From: Escherichia coli
GTDB taxonomy: Bacteria; Pseudomonadota; Gammaproteobacteria; Enterobacterales; Enterobacteriaceae
Reading direction: 5' to 3' (one strand)
NCBI RefSeq assembly: GCF_003991155.1
Contig: NZ_CP031293.1
DNA: 64,000 nucleotides
A program made the translations under genes and the position numbers. The notes under the pieces are model-generated. The model was given only the letters and a program-made list of their open reading frames with translations, ran no database searches and was not told the origin of the DNA. Numbering within the stretch: the stretch's first letter is position 1; each line of letters starts with the position of its first letter. Below are positions 60,492 to 64,000 of this stretch, one piece after another.

Positions 60492-61517
60492 GTGTCAGAT
60501 CAGATTATCGCCCGCGTCTCGCAATCCCTTGCCAAAGAACAGTCACTGGAAAGTCTGGTTCGACAGCTTCTGGAGATGCTGGAAATGGTCACTGATATGG
60601 AATCAACCTACCTGACCAAAGTGGATGTCGAAGCGCGCCTGCAGCATATAATGTTTGCCCGTAACAGCCAGAAAATGCACATCCCGGAGAATTTTACCGT
60701 CTCGTGGGATTACTCGTTATGCAAACGCGCCATTGATGAAAACTGCTTTTTCAGCGATGAAGTCCCCGACCGTTGGGGCGACTGTATTGCGGCACGCAAT
60801 CTTGGCATCACCACATTTCTGAGCACGCCAATTCACTTACCGGATGGATCATTCTATGGCACGCTTTGCGCCGCCAGCAGTGAGAAGCGCCAGTGGAGTG
60901 AACGCGCGGAACAGGTTTTGCAGTTATTCGCCGGACTGATTGCACAATATATTCAAAAAGAGGCACTGGTTGAACAGCTGCGCGAAGCTAATGCTGCGCT
61001 GATTGCGCAATCGTATACCGACTCGTTAACCGGGCTACCGAATCGGCGGGCGATTTTTGAAAATCTGACGACGCTGTTTTCTCTCGCCCGGCATCTTAAC
61101 CATAAGATAATGATCGCGTTTATCGACCTGGATAACTTCAAATTAATCAACGATCGTTTTGGTCATAATAGTGGCGATCTGTTTCTCATTCAGGTTGGCG
61201 AGCGCCTTAATACGCTCCAGCAAAATGGCGAAGTTATTGGTCGTCTCGGCGGTGATGAGTTTTTGGTTGTTTCACTGAACAACGAGAATGCGGATATTTC
61301 GTCGCTGCGAGAACGTATTCAACAACAAATACGCGGAGAATATCACTTAGCTGATGTTGATTTGTATTATCCTGGTGCCAGTCTTGGCATAGTAGAAGTC
61401 GATCCTGAAACGACCGATGCAGACAGTGCCCTGCATGCTGCCGATATCGCGATGTATCAGGAGAAAAAACACAAACAGAAAACACCTTTTGTCGCGCATC
61501 CAGCGCTACATTCCTGA
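60492..61517 (+). CDS. yeaP: diguanylate cyclase (GAF-like N-terminal domain plus GGDEF)
   Basis: GTG start (MSDQIIARVSQ...), canonical RLGGDEF, 341 aa. Confidence 0.85.
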   Translation: MSDQIIARVSQSLAKEQSLESLVRQLLEMLEMVTDMESTYLTKVDVEARLQHIMFARNSQKMHIPENFTVSWDYSLCKRAIDENCFFSDEVPDRWGDCIAARNLGITTFLSTPIHLPDGSFYGTLCAASSEKRQWSERAEQVLQLFAGLIAQYIQKEALVEQLREANAALIAQSYTDSLTGLPNRRAIFENLTTLFSLARHLNHKIMIAFIDLDNFKLINDRFGHNSGDLFLIQVGERLNTLQQNGEVIGRLGGDEFLVVSLNNENADISSLRERIQQQIRGEYHLADVDLYYPGASLGIVEVDPETTDADSALHAADIAMYQEKKHKQKTPFVAHPALHS

Positions 61518-61549
61518 GGCGTATTCACATCCTTTTGATTGGTGATAAC

Positions 61550-61648
61550 ATGCGAATCGGTATTATTTTTCCGGTTGTAATCTTTATTACAGCGGTCGTA
61601 TTTTTAGCATGGTTTTTTATTGGCGGCTATGCTGCCCCGGGAGCATAA
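61550..61648 (+). CDS. yoaK: small membrane protein (32 aa) MRIGIIFPVVIFITAVVFLAWFFIGGYAAPGA
   Basis: Not in ORF track; single TM helix; directly downstream of yeaP. Confidence 0.55.
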   Translation: MRIGIIFPVVIFITAVVFLAWFFIGGYAAPGA

Positions 61649-61650
61649 AG

Positions 61651-61725
61651 ATGAAAAAAACAACGATTATTATGATGGGTGTGGCGATTATTGTCGTACT
61701 CGGCACTGAGCTGGGATGGTGGTAA
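61651..61725 (+). CDS. yoaJ: small membrane protein (24 aa) MKKTTIIMMGVAIIVVLGTELGWW
   Basis: Not in ORF track; starts 3 nt after yoaK stop. Confidence 0.55.
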   Translation: MKKTTIIMMGVAIIVVLGTELGWW

Positions 61726-61745
61726 CGTCACATCTAGAAAATAGC

Positions 61746-61775
61746 AAAGGCTGCCTGTGTGCAGCCTTTGTGCAA
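61746..61775. terminator. bidirectional hairpin (AAAGGCTGC-CTGTGT-GCAGCCTTT) between yoaJ and yeaQ
   Basis: Perfect 9-bp stem; flanking A/T-rich runs are modest. Confidence 0.5.
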
Positions 61776-61783
61776 TTTACGCG

Positions 61784-62032
61784 TTAACTTTTAATCTTTC
61801 TGTAGATAAACAGCACGACAATCGCGCCAATAACGGCAACCACGAAGCTGCCAAAATTGAAGCCATCGACTTTACCAAAGCCAAACAGCGTGCTGATCCA
61901 TCCGCCGACTACGGCACCGACTATCCCCAGCAGGATAGTCATAAAGAATCCACCACCATCTTTACCTGGCATGATCCACTTCGCCAGAATACCGGCAATA
62001 AGCCCAAAAATAATCCATGACAGAATGCCCAT
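61784..62032 (-). CDS. yeaQ: GlsB/YeaQ/YmgE-family transglycosylase-associated membrane protein
   Basis: 82-aa Gly-rich hydrophobic ORF. Confidence 0.8.
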   Translation of the reverse strand: MGILSWIIFGLIAGILAKWIMPGKDGGGFFMTILLGIVGAVVGGWISTLFGFGKVDGFNFGSFVVAVIGAIVVLFIYRKIKS

Positions 62033-62179
62033 TGTTTCCTCACTTATCTGTTTTGCATTAGCGGGTTAGTCGCTGATAAAAAGCATAGCACAACATCGGG
62101 AGGGCAAGATTTGTGACGAGCATCACGGAGGAATTTTTTGCGATGGCGCAGAAATTGCGCCATCAACGATCAGTGATAA

Positions 62180-62362
62180 TTACCAACCACAAACATCATG
62201 TTCGTTTTCCGTGTCATAAGAACGCACGGTATTCACCAGATCTTTTATCACTTCAGCCGCCACTTCTGGTACCAGCAAAGTCATCGGCGTCTCTGTTTCA
62301 TAATCGACAGAAACGCCATTGCTGTTATTGGTGACGGTCACGGTATACGTTGCTTTGCCCAT
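62180..62362 (-). CDS. yoaG: DUF1869 protein
   Basis: 60-aa ORF immediately downstream of yeaR. Confidence 0.7.
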   Translation of the reverse strand: MGKATYTVTVTNNSNGVSVDYETETPMTLLVPEVAAEVIKDLVNTVRSYDTENEHDVCGW

Positions 62363-62365
62363 GAT

Positions 62366-62725
62366 TCATTTCCCGTTATGAATGACTTTCCGTTGTTGCG
62401 CGCCTTCCATCAGGACTTCAGGAGCAACGAAGAAGTCAATGTTGAAATAAGTGTCGTCAGTCATGGCTTCAATGTTGTGCCACTTTTCTGGAGGGAACAC
62501 CGCAAACTGCCCCGCTTCGATAAGGATCACTTGATCAGGCTCTGCACTGTGTTCATCAGCGTAGCCGAGATATTTGACCGCCCCATGCATAACGGAAAGG
62601 CGTGGGTAAACCCCCGGGCGCGTTCCTTTATCAAGATGACGTTCGAATATTCCGGCAGGCGCAGTTTGTTTATTCCAGAAAGGCGTTGAGCGCGTATGAA
62701 TATAATTCTGTGGGATTTGCAGCAT
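62366..62725 (-). CDS. yeaR: DUF1971 (cupin-like) protein
   Basis: 119-aa ORF. Confidence 0.8.
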   Translation of the reverse strand: MLQIPQNYIHTRSTPFWNKQTAPAGIFERHLDKGTRPGVYPRLSVMHGAVKYLGYADEHSAEPDQVILIEAGQFAVFPPEKWHNIEAMTDDTYFNIDFFVAPEVLMEGAQQRKVIHNGK

Positions 62726-62791
62726 CCTTTTCCCTCCTTCGGTGAATGCGCTGAAAACGGTTTATTCCAGCCGTTTCAGGGTACGCCTGAT

Positions 62792-62814
62792 AATTTGCAT
62801 TTTAAATACCATTT
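62792..62814 (-). promoter_or_regulatory. NsrR-type palindrome upstream of yeaR (AATTTGCATTTTAAATACCATTT on + strand)
   Basis: Resembles the NsrR consensus AANATGCATTTnAAATGCATnTT; yeaR-yoaG is known to be NO/nitrate responsive. Confidence 0.4.
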
Positions 62815-62897
62815 ATTGGTTACTTTTTAGCACCATATCAGAGAAGAATCAGGGAGGATTACAGATGGGAAGCCCGCGACAACGCGGGCTGAAAGCA

Positions 62898-63605
<708 letters not shown>

Positions 63606-63662
63606 TTAGAAAGGAGAAAATCAGGTTTTAACCTGATATCAACCCGATAATTGAATCATTAA

Positions 63663-64000
63663 TCAGGCATGCTCCAGTGAAAAATTCGGGTAGTGCTCGG
63701 CAAAATACTGGCGTAAAAATTCTACCGTTATCCGCACTTTCGCTGACGTCGCCAGCCTTGAAACATAAACGGCCCAGACGTTCGCTGGCTGGTAATATTC
63801 CGGTAGCACTTGTACTAAATGACCACTGGCAATGTTTTCGCTAACATCCCACCAGGAGCGCAGAGCAATCCCCTGTCCATCGAGACACCACTGATGGACA
63901 ATTTCTCCATGATTAGACGACAGTGGGCCGGTGACTTTAATCGCATGGTGGCCTTCTTTATTGCGTAAGTGCCAGACACCAAAAGGATGATCGCGCTCTT
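63663..64000 (-). CDS. dmlR: LysR-family transcriptional regulator, C-terminal part (gene continues past window end)
   Basis: Minus-strand frame ends ...HYPNFSLEHA-stop at 63663; LysR substrate-binding domain; start is outside the window. Confidence 0.7.
   Translation of the reverse strand, partial: ERDHPFGVWHLRNKEGHHAIKVTGPLSSNHGEIVHQWCLDGQGIALRSWWDVSENIASGHLVQVLPEYYQPANVWAVYVSRLATSAKVRITVEFLRQYFAEHYPNFSLEHA

Noticed and set aside
62870-62890. Hairpin CCCGCG-ACAA-CGCGGG near the leuE stop as a leuE terminator
   Set aside because: No adjacent U-tract on the leuE strand; too weak to call.

Overview
This 64-kb window reads as conserved Escherichia coli-type core chromosome, not an accessory island, and I found no convincing novel multi-gene system (no defence island, prophage, CRISPR array, integron or tRNA-linked insert). 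All calls come from reading the six-frame translations and sequence motifs and from my memory of E. coli K-12 proteins; no database search or alignment was run. Gene order is chbG(partial)-chbF-chbR-chbA-chbC-chbB / osmE / nadE / cho-ves / spy / astEBDAC / xthA / ydjXYZ-ynjABCD-ynjE / ynjF / nudG / ynjH / gdhA / topB-selD / ydjA / sppA-ansA-pncA / ydjEFGHIJKL / yeaC-msrB / gapA-yeaD / yeaE / mipA / yeaGH / yeaIJK / yoaI / yeaL / yeaM / yeaN-yeaO / yoaF / yeaP-yoaK-yoaJ / yeaQ / yoaG-yeaR / leuE / dmlR(partial). ORF lengths match the K-12 protein lengths I remember once internal start codons are chosen. Two structural departures from the K-12 layout stand out: (1) a complete 768-bp IS1 with 9-bp target-site duplication splits the chitobiose regulator gene chbR; (2) gdhA and topB are only 76 bp apart, so ynjI, which I remember lying between them in K-12, is absent. 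Other points worth a second look are the functionally unresolved ydjE-ydjL sugar cluster, the ydjX-ynjD transporter operon, an AT-rich GGDEF pair (yeaI with a degenerate active-site motif), several convergent 3' gene overlaps, and recognisable sigma54, BaeR, LexA and NsrR-type sites. No rRNA or tRNA genes were recognised.
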